A stretch of DNA of 64,000 bases from Andalucia godoyi And28 (taxonomy: Eukaryota; Protista; Jakobida): NCBI GenBank assembly GCA_009859145.1, contig VRVR01000021.1, positions 71,507 to 135,506 of the forward strand, read 5' to 3'. The position numbers were made by a program, and so were the translations under genes. Of the stretch, positions 21,923-31,930 are shown piece after piece. The stretch's first letter is position 1, and each line of letters starts with the position of its first letter. The notes below the pieces were generated by a model. That model was given only the letters and a program-made list of their open reading frames with translations, did no database searches and was not told where the DNA came from.

Positions 21923-21923
21923 A

Positions 21924-22030
21924 ACGCCTACATTGTGCACTAATCCACGGATAATCATCGCTGATCACCCATAATCAATGCTGCAACCCAACAACATGCA
22001 CAGCATGATTGGGAAGGGGGTAGGACCCAA
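21924..22030 (-). ncRNA. Putative Fanzor omega-RNA scaffold, copy 1
   Basis: Homologous to 56768-56871; an 18-bp stem (21938-21980) pairs fully only on the minus strand, using G-U wobbles; overlaps the 3' end of the Fanzor frame. Confidence 0.7.
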
Positions 22031-22055
22031 CACGCCCCCTCGGCATGAGAGACGT

Positions 22056-22249
22056 TCCTAAGACAGATGTAGATGTTGCGCGCGCCGTTCCAGTCGCGGT
22101 CGATCGTGCATATGCACGATGGGCAACAAAACACACCTTATTTCCATACTAGCTTGCGATGGATTTCCCCGCAGCGGTCGCACGCTTTAGACGCATACTC
22201 CTCCGTCACAAGTCACAATCGACACCTGCCGCGCCGTTGTCGCCTTGGC
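22056..22249 (-). pseudogene. Fanzor2/TnpB C-terminal pseudogene fragment
   Basis: VTEEY at 22195-22209, CxxC...CxxC zinc finger, DRDWNGARNI at 22072-22101; disrupted by a 7-bp tandem duplication (GTCACAA x2, 22205-22218) and a TAA at 22138-22140. Confidence 0.88.
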
Positions 22250-22940
22250 GATCTTTCCGGCGGCGGCCCAGCGCCGGATGGTGGCGGTGGAGATTGTCAC
22301 AGGTCCTGCGCAGCGTTGCGGGCGTGACGGACATGGTGCGTTGCATGGACAATAACAACAACACAAAAAAAAAAAAAAAATAAGAAATGAGCGTCGCTGT
22401 GCGAGAATGCAACGCGACGGCGTATGTATAGGGATTCCATGATCAAAATGGGAGGCGAAACGAATCGGGCATTGTGTGGCAGAGTTGCTTAAAGATAACA
22501 GACGCATGCGCATGGCGCGTGGCAGTGGTTTTGTTTACGTGCGCTGTAGATTGCTTCATCATATCGCAACAAAGTGGCAACGGTAATCCTCAAAGCTGTC
22601 AGCCGTTCTCGCGACTCTGACAAAAAGTCAAGCACTCAAAATAGTGTTTCGCGTTGTCCGCAAGCCTCGACTTTTGGGCTTTTAACTTTACCCTTTCGAT
22701 CCTTTCCGTTTCGTACGATCTAAAGCGCTTTTCATTTTATTCAGTTGATTTCCTTTTTATCTATTTTTTAATATTGGTTTTTAAAATTTTTTTAGAATTT
22801 TTGTTTATTTTATTTAAATTAAATTAAGTGATTAAATAAGGAGTTTGGTGCTCGTTGTTTTTTGTTATTTTTTATTTGGGTTTTTTTGTTTTTGTTGGAG
22901 TGGCTTTGGTTTTGGTTTTGGTTTTGGTTTTGGGAGGAGG

Positions 22941-25523
22941 ATGAAGGCGCGGACGCTACTTTGGATTGGGATTGCGGTGTTTTCTCTGACTGTGATAATT
23001 GCGTGCATATCGATAGGTCTTAACTTTTACATCCGAAACCTTCTTCGAGACGGACTTGTGGACTTGGCACAGATATCCTCGGACCAGAATTCGAGATCGT
23101 ACAAGCAGTGGAAAAAGAACTATCCGGACAATGAAAATTGTCAGCAGCACTCGTGTTACTATACAACGTACCGGTTCTGGAACTTGACGAATGCAGTTGA
23201 TGTGCAGCTGAATGGGGCGAAGCCAAAGTATGATCTGGTTGGGCCGTATGTGTACTGGGATCAGCGCGACAGACGGCCTGCAGATACTGGATTCCTGAAT
23301 AACAGACTTTCGTTTGAAGAGAAGCACAGGTTTACGTTTGTGGCGGAAAAGAGCGCTGCGGGTGCGACGATCCAGGACAGGATCATCAACGTCAATCCAG
23401 TGTATATGGGTGCCATTCTTGCGGCAGGAGGCGACGAGAATGCGCTGTTCACGTACGCAGGAGGACAGATCATGCAGCAAGTTGTCCAGCTTCTAGGACC
23501 CGCTTTTGGGTATCTGGGATATGTCATTCCGCGACAGCAGACGTTTGCTGCGGCGTACGACCCATCCGTGTTTGCACCTTTGGGAGGGTTTGCATCTCCC
23601 CAGATCGCCTCTGTGCTGGTGTCCACGGATGCCGCTGCGGAGTGCGACAAGCAGTTTCCGGTGCCGGCTAATGCAACCCACTGCAAAACGTACGTTGCGT
23701 CGCTGAGCTTTGGCCTTGGAATTGACACATCCACTCAACAGGGCTTGCAGACGGCGATTAAAACAGTGTCCATGCTTGTGAATCCAATGTCGCCCATTTC
23801 CATTGCGAATCAGAACTTTGACGGTTCAAAGGCGTTCTCTGTTTCCTGCTATCTTATTCCGATGCTGTCTGGCTCTCTGGGAGCCCATCAGATGGATACA
23901 AGCGGTCTGGATTGGAAGTCGCTGCTGACCTCGTTGAAGATCAAGATTGATTTGAACTCTGCAGAGTTTGGATACGGAGCACGCAGTGTCGGAGGCATTG
24001 CAGACATGGATGTTTTGGCACAGTTGTTTGGCGCGGAGTTGTCCAAAAAGCTGTGTGCATGGGCCGTCCACGATGATGCAACAGAACACTTGGACGAATT
24101 GACTGTGCAGCTGTTTAGCAACGTCGATCCGGGCGTCCAGAGCGTTTCGGACTTGATTTATCTCGAATGGGCGCGAGGATTGGTGACCTTTGGGAACGAT
24201 GTTTTGCCGCTGCTGACCAATGGAACCGCGTATCTGTCATTCTACAACTGGGTAACGGCTGTGAATGGGACTGTCCCGGACGATGCCACGCTGACCGTTG
24301 CGCAAACCAAGATTCTGTTTTCGCCGGCAATCATGTTCACGACAGCCAACTACCTGCGCTATCTTGGAATGTGCCAGGTGAACCCGGCCGCTGCTGAGCA
24401 ATTCTTCCATCTTCCGGCAGGATTCTGCGGCCCGTTCTTGGCGTACGTACAAGTTAATTTGAACCATGGAGCGATCCCGTATCTGTTGGCATCCCCTGCA
24501 CTGAGTTTGCTGACTGGTGCTGTCGGAGCTGGTCCTAGAACTGTTCGGGACGACCCTGGGCAACCTGCTTCGTCTATCGGAATGTTTGTTGCACGTACCG
24601 TGGACCAGTGGCTTTGGAACTGCACGGACCCGCTCTTGAAGGTGCCGTGCAATCTACAAGATGGAGATCCAGATGGCTACGTTGCTTCGTATTCTCGCAT
24701 GCTCACAGGCAATGATCAAGACGATGCGTCGAGTGCATGGATGTTTGATTCTTGGGCTAACTCGACTTTCATCACCGGAGCGTGGGAAGAACCTGAAATT
24801 GTACACGGAACGGACGCTTCCCGCTTCCGCCCGCTGCTGCTGGACGTTTATGACGAGAAGACCAAGCCGTCAAACTGGCGTGAATTGCCAATCTTCGTTC
24901 CCGAGATTTATCGATCTCTTCACGTGGATTTTGAAGACGATATCGACTACAAGGGTCTGACTCTGTGGCGGTACCGTCTTGAAATGGCTGCGCTCGCAAC
25001 CAGCAGCCGTTACTATCAAGGTGTTCGTGGTATTGGCAATCTTACCCGCATTCGTGCTGCCCCGATATTCGTGTCAAAGTTTAACTTTTTCGATGCCGAG
25101 GACTGGGTGCGAGATGCAATCGAAGTGCTTCATACGCCAACGGGTCGAATCATTCTTGAAGAGGATTTGGATGACACTGTTCTTGACATCGAGCCGTATT
25201 CTGGCTTGGTTCTCCGCGGTTACAAGCGTCTGCAAATCAACGTTCAGATTCCTCCGAATTACATCATCAACGACGCGAAGAACATGCACCGTTCTGCCGT
25301 TCAGCGTGTCTTTTATCCCATTCTTCAGGTCGAGAATGGCGGTGCTGCAACAGACGACGATATTGCCTACATCCAAAGGAACATCTACACCCCGTTGCTC
25401 ATTGCAACAATCCTGTTTTGGGGGGGAATCTCGGTAGGAATTGCAGGAACTCTCGCAGCGCTTGCAATCTGCGTTTTTTCGAGAAGAAAAGCCAAGAAGG
25501 AAGCTTACGCCCAACTCTCCTAA
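22941..25523 (+). CDS. CD36/LIMP-II scavenger receptor, paralog 2
   Basis: Collinear with paralog 1 over its whole length; ATG 22941 (MKARTLLWIG); C-terminal YAQL. Confidence 0.9.
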   Translation: MKARTLLWIGIAVFSLTVIIACISIGLNFYIRNLLRDGLVDLAQISSDQNSRSYKQWKKNYPDNENCQQHSCYYTTYRFWNLTNAVDVQLNGAKPKYDLVGPYVYWDQRDRRPADTGFLNNRLSFEEKHRFTFVAEKSAAGATIQDRIINVNPVYMGAILAAGGDENALFTYAGGQIMQQVVQLLGPAFGYLGYVIPRQQTFAAAYDPSVFAPLGGFASPQIASVLVSTDAAAECDKQFPVPANATHCKTYVASLSFGLGIDTSTQQGLQTAIKTVSMLVNPMSPISIANQNFDGSKAFSVSCYLIPMLSGSLGAHQMDTSGLDWKSLLTSLKIKIDLNSAEFGYGARSVGGIADMDVLAQLFGAELSKKLCAWAVHDDATEHLDELTVQLFSNVDPGVQSVSDLIYLEWARGLVTFGNDVLPLLTNGTAYLSFYNWVTAVNGTVPDDATLTVAQTKILFSPAIMFTTANYLRYLGMCQVNPAAAEQFFHLPAGFCGPFLAYVQVNLNHGAIPYLLASPALSLLTGAVGAGPRTVRDDPGQPASSIGMFVARTVDQWLWNCTDPLLKVPCNLQDGDPDGYVASYSRMLTGNDQDDASSAWMFDSWANSTFITGAWEEPEIVHGTDASRFRPLLLDVYDEKTKPSNWRELPIFVPEIYRSLHVDFEDDIDYKGLTLWRYRLEMAALATSSRYYQGVRGIGNLTRIRAAPIFVSKFNFFDAEDWVRDAIEVLHTPTGRIILEEDLDDTVLDIEPYSGLVLRGYKRLQINVQIPPNYIINDAKNMHRSAVQRVFYPILQVENGGAATDDDIAYIQRNIYTPLLIATILFWGGISVGIAGTLAALAICVFSRRKAKKEAYAQLS

Positions 25524-25985
25524 AGTTCTCCGGTTGGCGGTCTTTATATCTGCCTTTGCTCTTTTTTTTTTTCTCACTCTCCCCCTTTTACTCCTTCCTT
25601 CCTTGTTGCGGAGAACGGTTTGTGCTGTATGATGTGTCCTTCTATGTGGTTCTTGTTTTTACTGTCATCGTCGCCGTCGTTTTCTTTTGTTTTTTGGCTG
25701 TTTTTTTGCTGTTTTTTTTATTATGTAGCACCTTCCCTTTTCGTTTCTTTATCGCAAAAGACATTCCTCTATGCTGAATGACGTATTTATCTTTTCTATT
25801 TGGGATCGAAATTGGGAGAGGGGGGGTTGCAGCACACTCCATGCTGTTTTTGATTTTCTTCTGCATTACGTGTATTACTATTGTATGATTTTGGGGAGGG
25901 TTTTTATTTTATTTTACATCTTGTAAACCTCTGGTAGTGTAGTGTCTCTCTATTATTTTGCTGTCTGCGGTTTGCTTCCGGTGCT

Positions 25986-27717
25986 TTACTCGTCGTCTCG
26001 GAGTGAGAGCTTCTGCTCCATTTGTACAAGTTGTCGGTGCGAAAGAACGAGTGTTTCCGCAAGCTTCTGCTCCAGCACGGTGATTTGTCGATCTCGATCC
26101 GCCACCGTGTGTTGCAGATCCGCAAGAATGCCTTCGAGCCGTTCTCGGTACTTGAGCACGGAGACCGTGACCTTGTCCATTTCCTGGGATCGCTTCGCCA
26201 GCGACTCTTCCCATTCCACAAGCCTCGTTTCTTCTGTGATGCTGCGTCTGTCGCCTGCCATTTTCTGTCCCTGCTCGGTTTTCACGCCGCGAGCCTCTGC
26301 TGCTGCTTCTCTCGATGCAAACGACTCTATCGCATCAGAATCGGCACGCGCAACATGATCTGCAAGAAACCGCTGGTCCATCGAGCACACCGACTCCAGT
26401 GCCGCAAGTCTCTTTCGCAGTACATCATTTTCATACCGCAGCATCTCGGCTTGACGCCCTGGCTTTCCACCCGTGCCTGTTCTTGACGACCCCGACGATA
26501 GCATCGATACACTTAACGGACCCGAGGCTGCCATTCTCGCAGGCGTCGTCGGTCTCGTCGCCTTCTTTTCCTTTTGCGTTTCCTTTTCTTTCTGCTTATG
26601 TCGCTGCGGACTCGTGGCTTTTTGGGTTCTTGCAGAACCGTCAGCGATCTTTTCCTGCTGCCTGATCTTCTCCTGTTCTTGTTTGAGCTCCCGAGCAGCC
26701 ACAACCGCTGCAAGCGCATCGTGCTTTCGCTTCCATGACTCGCCTACCCGAATCGCCTCGTCCAGCTTGACGGAATCCACGTCGATTCTGCCCGTTTCTG
26801 TTTGCAGTCCTATTTCCTCCGTCACCTTTTCATTTTCTTCTCTTTCCAATTTCGCTTCTTGCGTCATCGGTCGTGGCTGCTGTTGCGGTGGCTGACTCGC
26901 GGCCACTGAGGCTGTGTGCCAGAACCCCGCCCACTCTGGCTCTTCATTAAAGTCCCAAATGACAAGAATACTGTCCATCGCCGCCAACTGTGTGGCATCC
27001 ATCTGCAACACTCGAGTGACCTCTGTCGTGATCTTGCCAATCCGCAGTCCATTCCACCCCAAGTCCACAATGACCATCGTCTGTCCTACTGATGCTGATG
27101 GAGTTGATCTTTCGCCACAGTAGCGCAGGAGTCGAATGAGCAGCTGCGCAATCGCGGTCTCGCAATCTCGCCCCAATCCACAGTTTCGCAGACCTATTCG
27201 ATGCATCGACCCGACCGCAAGAGACGTCACGAGCGTTGCAAGCACATTGCGGGGCAACACAACATTCGACAAGTCAATTCCTGTCACCAACGCTCCTCGT
27301 CGCTGCTCTTCTTCGCTTGTCATTGTATCTTCTGGTTTTCCGCTTTGATCATGAGGATTGAAGGAGCTGCCAATCGTTTCGAGAAACATGCAAATCGCAC
27401 GCTCGTCCCAGCCTCCGTCTGCCCGCTGCTCGCTCAAATCCAGCATCAGTCCCTGCTTCTCACTCTTTCTCGCTGCATCGCTCTCGTCTCTTCGCTGCGC
27501 TGCACGGCTCTTCGCCCCGATGGACCACACTGGATGGACAAGCGCGCGTGAACCGGAAATGCGATTCCTGGAGATATCCAGCACTTCCAGCTCGTAAATC
27601 GGTGCAAGCACTCCACTCTGCTCCTTGATGTGGCTCAGGTGCGGCTGCTGCCGCTGCTGCTGGAACTGGAGTCTGGTCGGCAGCAAGTGAGATGGACCTG
27701 ACGACGATGACGCTGAC

Positions 27718-27750
<33 letters not shown>

Positions 27751-28454
27751 AAACTGGGCGATGAGAGCGGACGCGAGAGCGCATCGAGAAGGATGCAGAG
27801 GTTTGCATCGTCGAGGTTCGTGTGTGCAAGACACAGCTCCTTTGGACTTCCTGACGCTGCGGACCCTACTGAACTCGCAGACGATAAATACACTCCAAGC
27901 AACGCGCAGTGATCGTCCGTAAGTTGCTGGTGGCTTAGATCCAAACGCCGCAATGGAGCGCGCAACCCACTTGTAAACAAGTACGAAGACATTGCACTTC
28001 GCCCCACCACTCCCATTGCCACCACTCCCATTGCCACCACTCCTGCCGGCTGCGACTCTAGCAGCTCTGGAGCCGAACTCGCCGACGTCGAATCCGCTGT
28101 TGATGCAGTTGGATTCAGAATCGCAGTCCGAGGTGCAGGCGCCATGTGGAGTGAATCGGCCCACTGAACATGTCTCTTTGGCAGTACACTCACCATCGCG
28201 GTCGATGTTGCGGTCGACGTTGCGGTCGAAGAGATTGAGATTGGGCGATTGGAGTGGGAATGTTCTGCGAGTTCTTCGCCGGCAGCAACCCGAGGCGATG
28301 GCTGTGCGGTCATGTAAGACGGAAACGAGTGTGAATGATACGGCGATGATGGCAACTGTTGCTGCTGCTGCTGCTGATGATGATGGGTAGGAGACGGATA
28401 GGGAAACAAAGCCTTGTGCTTTTGCGCTAATCTCTGCGCTAAAGGGTTACTCAT
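25986..28454 (-). CDS. RNI-like leucine-rich-repeat protein with C-terminal coiled coil
   Basis: LRRLDLSHQQLTD, LCLAHTNLDD, LEVLDISRNRIS, GIDLSNVVL, IGLRNCGLG, VDLGWNGL; poly-Q, poly-H and poly-S tracts. Confidence 0.75.
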
Positions 28455-28471
28455 TCTTCAATTCCAAGAGG

Positions 28472-28473
<2 letters not shown>

Positions 28474-28553
<80 letters not shown>
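28474..28553. repeat. (CT)n(GT)n compound microsatellite
   Basis: Seen directly in sequence. Confidence 0.95.
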
Positions 28554-28885
28554 TTGTGCACCTGTCGTTTTTTCTTCGATCCTCATATGCACATAAAGTG
28601 ACTGTTACGTTCCGTCATCGGAGAAAAAACCAGAACGAATAGGAAAAAAAGACCCGACCGATGGATGCCCTTGCCCTGCCGTGATGCTATAATCAAGTCT
28701 CAAGCCTCAACCGCACGACTCCAAACCAAACGTTCGTTTCGGTCCGTTTTTCAGGGTTTTTTCACAGAAATAAAAATCTGCATTCTTTTGTAGTTAATAT
28801 TTTCAATTCCAAATCGTCTCTTTGCTCAGTTGGTTTGGAGTTTGGGGGTTTGATTGTTTGTTAAAAATCATCAAGGAGCAAACGG

Positions 28886-30109
28886 ATGACTACACGATTA
28901 CTATCAACAGGCCATCAATCCTCGATGGCGGCGGCGTCGTCGTCTGCGGCTCTCCTGGCGGACGTTCCAGCGCGGTTCCTTGCGTCGTGTACAGTGGACT
29001 GGCGTGCTCTGGAGGCTGCGTTTCTATCTTGTCTCAACTCAGGGTCTAGCGTGACTTCTTCTTCGAGCCTGTCGCATAGCTTTTCAGCCGGTGGAGCGGC
29101 GGTCACCACCTCAACAACAGCCAAAACAGCATTATCGTCATCCTCGACAACGTCAGCTGCGGCCACGACGACGGCTGCCGCAATTGTGTCCAGTGTGCTG
29201 GCAACGACACAGCGGCTGCTGGGACAAGGGCATGCCGAGGAAGCGCAGTACGGCGCTCAGACAGCACTTCGATATGCAGAGCGTGTGCATGGCGCGTCGT
29301 CCGCGGTTGTCGTCGAGGCGCAGCTGCTCGTCGCCAAGGCTGCGTATGCCGTTCAGCAATTCAGTCAGTGCGAGCAGTTTCTTGCCATGGCCCGATGGGG
29401 CGCAAGTCGACAGCCATCAACTCCGCTTGCGATTCGAGCCGAGTTGCACCTCTATGAGGGCCTGCTCTACGCCTCCACGCGTCGTCTGGAGGATGCCGTC
29501 AAGGCATTGTCGACGCATGTGTACTATGTCTGCTTGGACCACACGCCGCTGTCCTACTTTTCTCGCGATGTTACGGCAACAGCATCACCACCAGCGGCTG
29601 CAGACCAGGGCGCGTTTTGTCTTGCTGCGACCACCGGATATCTCCAGCTCGGAAATGTATTTGCTGCGCTCGGACGCATGGACGCAGCTCTTGCGTGCTT
29701 TGATGCAGTCGTTGCTTCTTGGTCCGCATTCCTGCTGTCCGTCGCCCCCGAGCTTGTGAGCAATCCGTTGCATCAACGACCAGGAGGCGCCGGAAACGAA
29801 AATGAACGATATGACGATGAGCTGGAAAAGGAGAGTGAGAAAGAGGAAAAGAGGCTGCCGGCGGACGTGACGAGCGAGGATGGAGTAAGGGCGTTGGCGA
29901 GAGTGCTGGATGTGCGCATATCGAGATTCGGAAGAGAAGATCAGAGAGTCGCAGAGGCACACGAGGTTCTTGGAAATCTGCTTTTGTGGACTGGTGACGC
30001 AGAAAAGGCGCGTGAGCATCTTGTATCGGCCTATGAAATCACAAGACTCGCACTCGGAGACGACCATCCACACTCGACAGCTCTCATGCAGCGCATCCTG
30101 CAGCTCTGA
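28886..30109 (+). CDS. TPR protein resembling ZMYND12 / inner dynein arm p38 (no MYND finger seen)
   Basis: A..AL..AERVHG.SS..VVEA.LL.A.A, FLAMARW, LH...G.LYA, HVYY, GYLQLGNVF, VVASW pattern typical of the ZMYND12 C-terminal region. Confidence 0.6.
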   Translation: MTTRLLSTGHQSSMAAASSSAALLADVPARFLASCTVDWRALEAAFLSCLNSGSSVTSSSSLSHSFSAGGAAVTTSTTAKTALSSSSTTSAAATTTAAAIVSSVLATTQRLLGQGHAEEAQYGAQTALRYAERVHGASSAVVVEAQLLVAKAAYAVQQFSQCEQFLAMARWGASRQPSTPLAIRAELHLYEGLLYASTRRLEDAVKALSTHVYYVCLDHTPLSYFSRDVTATASPPAAADQGAFCLAATTGYLQLGNVFAALGRMDAALACFDAVVASWSAFLLSVAPELVSNPLHQRPGGAGNENERYDDELEKESEKEEKRLPADVTSEDGVRALARVLDVRISRFGREDQRVAEAHEVLGNLLLWTGDAEKAREHLVSAYEITRLALGDDHPHSTALMQRILQL

Positions 30110-30305
30110 AAGAGAAGGCAACATAGTAGACATGCATGTACATACATTCTTCAATACATTTTCTCTCTCTCTCTCTCTTTGCTTCTTTCTCTCTTTCGTT
30201 TCGTTTCGTTTCGTTTCAATTCGTTTTCTTCATTTTCTTTATATCATCATCGAAAACAACAACGGCAGCGAGTATCGCAACAGCATCGTCGGCGAGACAG
30301 GGGAC

Positions 30306-31262
30306 TTACTGGTGGAAGGTGTGGACAGTGATGTGGCCGAGGTTCCATCCGACATAGATGGTCTCGCCGTCTGCAGAGAACGAGACTGCAGTCGGGAACG
30401 GCTTGACGGCCTTGCGACCCACGGGGCCAAAGTCGTGGCTGAGGCGTCCAACGACCTTGCGCGACTGGAGATCCCAGATGAAGACACCGTCCGCGGTGGC
30501 GGCAGCGAGCCAGTAGCGGTTCGGGGAGAAGGAGAGCGCATGGATGGGCTCGTTTGCCTCGAGGAACGTGAGGTAGCGGCACTCGGTGAGGTCCCAGAGA
30601 ATTGCCTTTCCGTCGCGTCCGCCAGATGCGCAGAGCGAACCGTCCGGCGAGACGGCAACTGTGGACACGTATCCAGTGTGTCCAACAAGGTTGGCGTGGA
30701 GACGGCAGTTGTTCAGGTTCCAGACCTTGACCAGGCGATCGCAGCCTGCCGACACAATAAGCGGTGCCGAGGCTGACGGCGAGAAACGAACGCAGGAAAC
30801 CCAGTCCGAGTGTCCATCGTCAGAGATGGTGTACTTGCACTCACCGAGGGTGTTCCACAGCTTGATGGTGCGGTCGCGAGAGCACGACACAATCTGGCGG
30901 TTGTCGGCCGAGAAGGCAACAGACAAGACATCCTTGGAGTGACCAACAAAGCGACGCTGCGACTTGCCGGTCTTGAGGTCCCACAGACGGAGAGTCGAGT
31001 CCCAGGACCCAGAAAGTGCATACTGGCCGTCGTGAGAAAGAACTACATCTTGCACAAAGTGCGCATGGCCACGGAGAGCCTTCTCCGGTGCTCCAACAAG
31101 CTGCTGCTCGGTGTCCACGGCATCAAGGTTCCACTTGATCAGCGACTTGTCACGAGAAGACGAAACAACAACGTTGTTCGCGGCAGAAACGGCAATTGCA
31201 GTAACCCAGTTCGAGTGGCCCTTCAGGAGACCCTTGGTGTCAAAATAGAATGTATCAGACAT
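30306..31262 (-). CDS. RACK1: RACK1 (receptor for activated C kinase 1, 40S-associated WD40 protein)
   Basis: [68 protein letters not shown]; ATG 31262, 318 aa. Confidence 0.95.
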   Translation of the reverse strand: MSDTFYFDTKGLLKGHSNWVTAIAVSAANNVVVSSSRDKSLIKWNLDAVDTEQQLVGAPEKALRGHAHFVQDVVLSHDGQYALSGSWDSTLRLWDLKTGKSQRRFVGHSKDVLSVAFSADNRQIVSCSRDRTIKLWNTLGECKYTISDDGHSDWVSCVRFSPSASAPLIVSAGCDRLVKVWNLNNCRLHANLVGHTGYVSTVAVSPDGSLCASGGRDGKAILWDLTECRYLTFLEANEPIHALSFSPNRYWLAAATADGVFIWDLQSRKVVGRLSHDFGPVGRKAVKPFPTAVSFSADGETIYVGWNLGHITVHTFHQ

Positions 31263-31427
31263 ATTTTTTGTTCGTTCAATAACGGCGGTACAAGATATGC
31301 AATCTCTAGGCTCGGATCGAAACTGAAGAAATGAAACAGAGAGAAAGAGACACAGCGAAGGAACAGAAGAAATGAAATAAACACTAAATGAAATGTCACA
31401 GCATCGGAACACGAAAAGAAAACAGAG

Positions 31428-31448
31428 CTAGGGTTGCACGTAGGGTTT
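31428..31448 (-). promoter_or_regulatory. Paired telo-box-like motifs upstream of RACK1
   Basis: Minus strand AAACCCTAcgtgCAACCCTAG, about 170-186 bp upstream of the ATG. Confidence 0.5.
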
Positions 31449-31582
31449 TCTTTTTTGAGTCCCGTAACAAATCCGCTCATTAGGAGAGAGAAAAGAGAGA
31501 CCACTTCGACGGCATATCGGAGGGTTTGATACTTTTTCAGTACAGCAGTTGGCGGATGCGACTCTCGTCCGCTCAGCTGCCC

Positions 31583-31930
31583 GGTACTACCCTCCAACCC
31601 CGAACCTGTCCAAGCATTTGGCTCGCATGCTGCGCCTCAGACAGATTTTTTCGGCGTAGAGGGACTTTATAAATCCGCATCAACGTCCATCCCATGAGCT
31701 CCCCTTTGAGTGGGGCCATTCGTGGGTCTGCGCACCCTAAAAAACAGAAACAACCTGTGTTTTTGTTCAGAGCTCTCGAATGGATCAATGAGTGCATTTG
31801 TTAGAACCGTTTGGACTTTGGGAACCAGGAAACTAGGGATTTCAACGAGCGAGAGAGAGGGAGAGGGAGAGAGAGAGGGAGAGGCCAGTCATCGATCACA
31901 TTGGGCCTCGACCTACACACCTTCAGCCGT
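31583..31930 (+). repeat. Dispersed repeat family B, copy 1
   Basis: About 240-bp core matches 42807-43046, including 138 identical bp (31713-31850 = 42909-43046); a (GA)n tract and CATTGGGCCTCGACCT tail are also shared. Confidence 0.92.

Larger units (their letters stand above)
21924..22334 (-). mobile_element. Non-autonomous, internally deleted IS607-family/Fanzor2 element (TnpA 5' fragment joined to Fanzor 3' fragment plus right end)
   Basis: Minus strand from ATG 22334 reads MSVTPATLRRTCD/ISTATIRRWAAAGKI (IS607 TnpA-type HTH, one +1 shift), then AKATTARQVSI(V)TEEYASKACDRCGEIHRKLVWK*GVFCCPSCICTIDRDWNGARNI (TnpB/Fanzor RuvC-II, zinc finger, RuvC-III). Confidence 0.85.

Noticed and set aside
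22390-22520. Minus-strand RAMRMRLLSL...HFDHGIPIHTPSR as an additional middle fragment of Fanzor
   Set aside because: Similarity is only impressionistic, and it lies upstream of the TnpA start, which is the wrong order for a single element; it needs a profile search.
30810-31334. 174-aa plus-strand ORF and neighbouring ORFs over RACK1
   Set aside because: Antisense shadows of a conserved gene. The same applies to 16545-17288 (centrin), 55128-56153 (EF-G), 9814-10923 and 552-998.
31612-31850. Repeat B as a LINE reverse-transcriptase fragment (LID..., FIKSLYA on the minus strand)
   Set aside because: Motif resemblance needs several frameshifts and both copies share a stop; too weak without a profile search.
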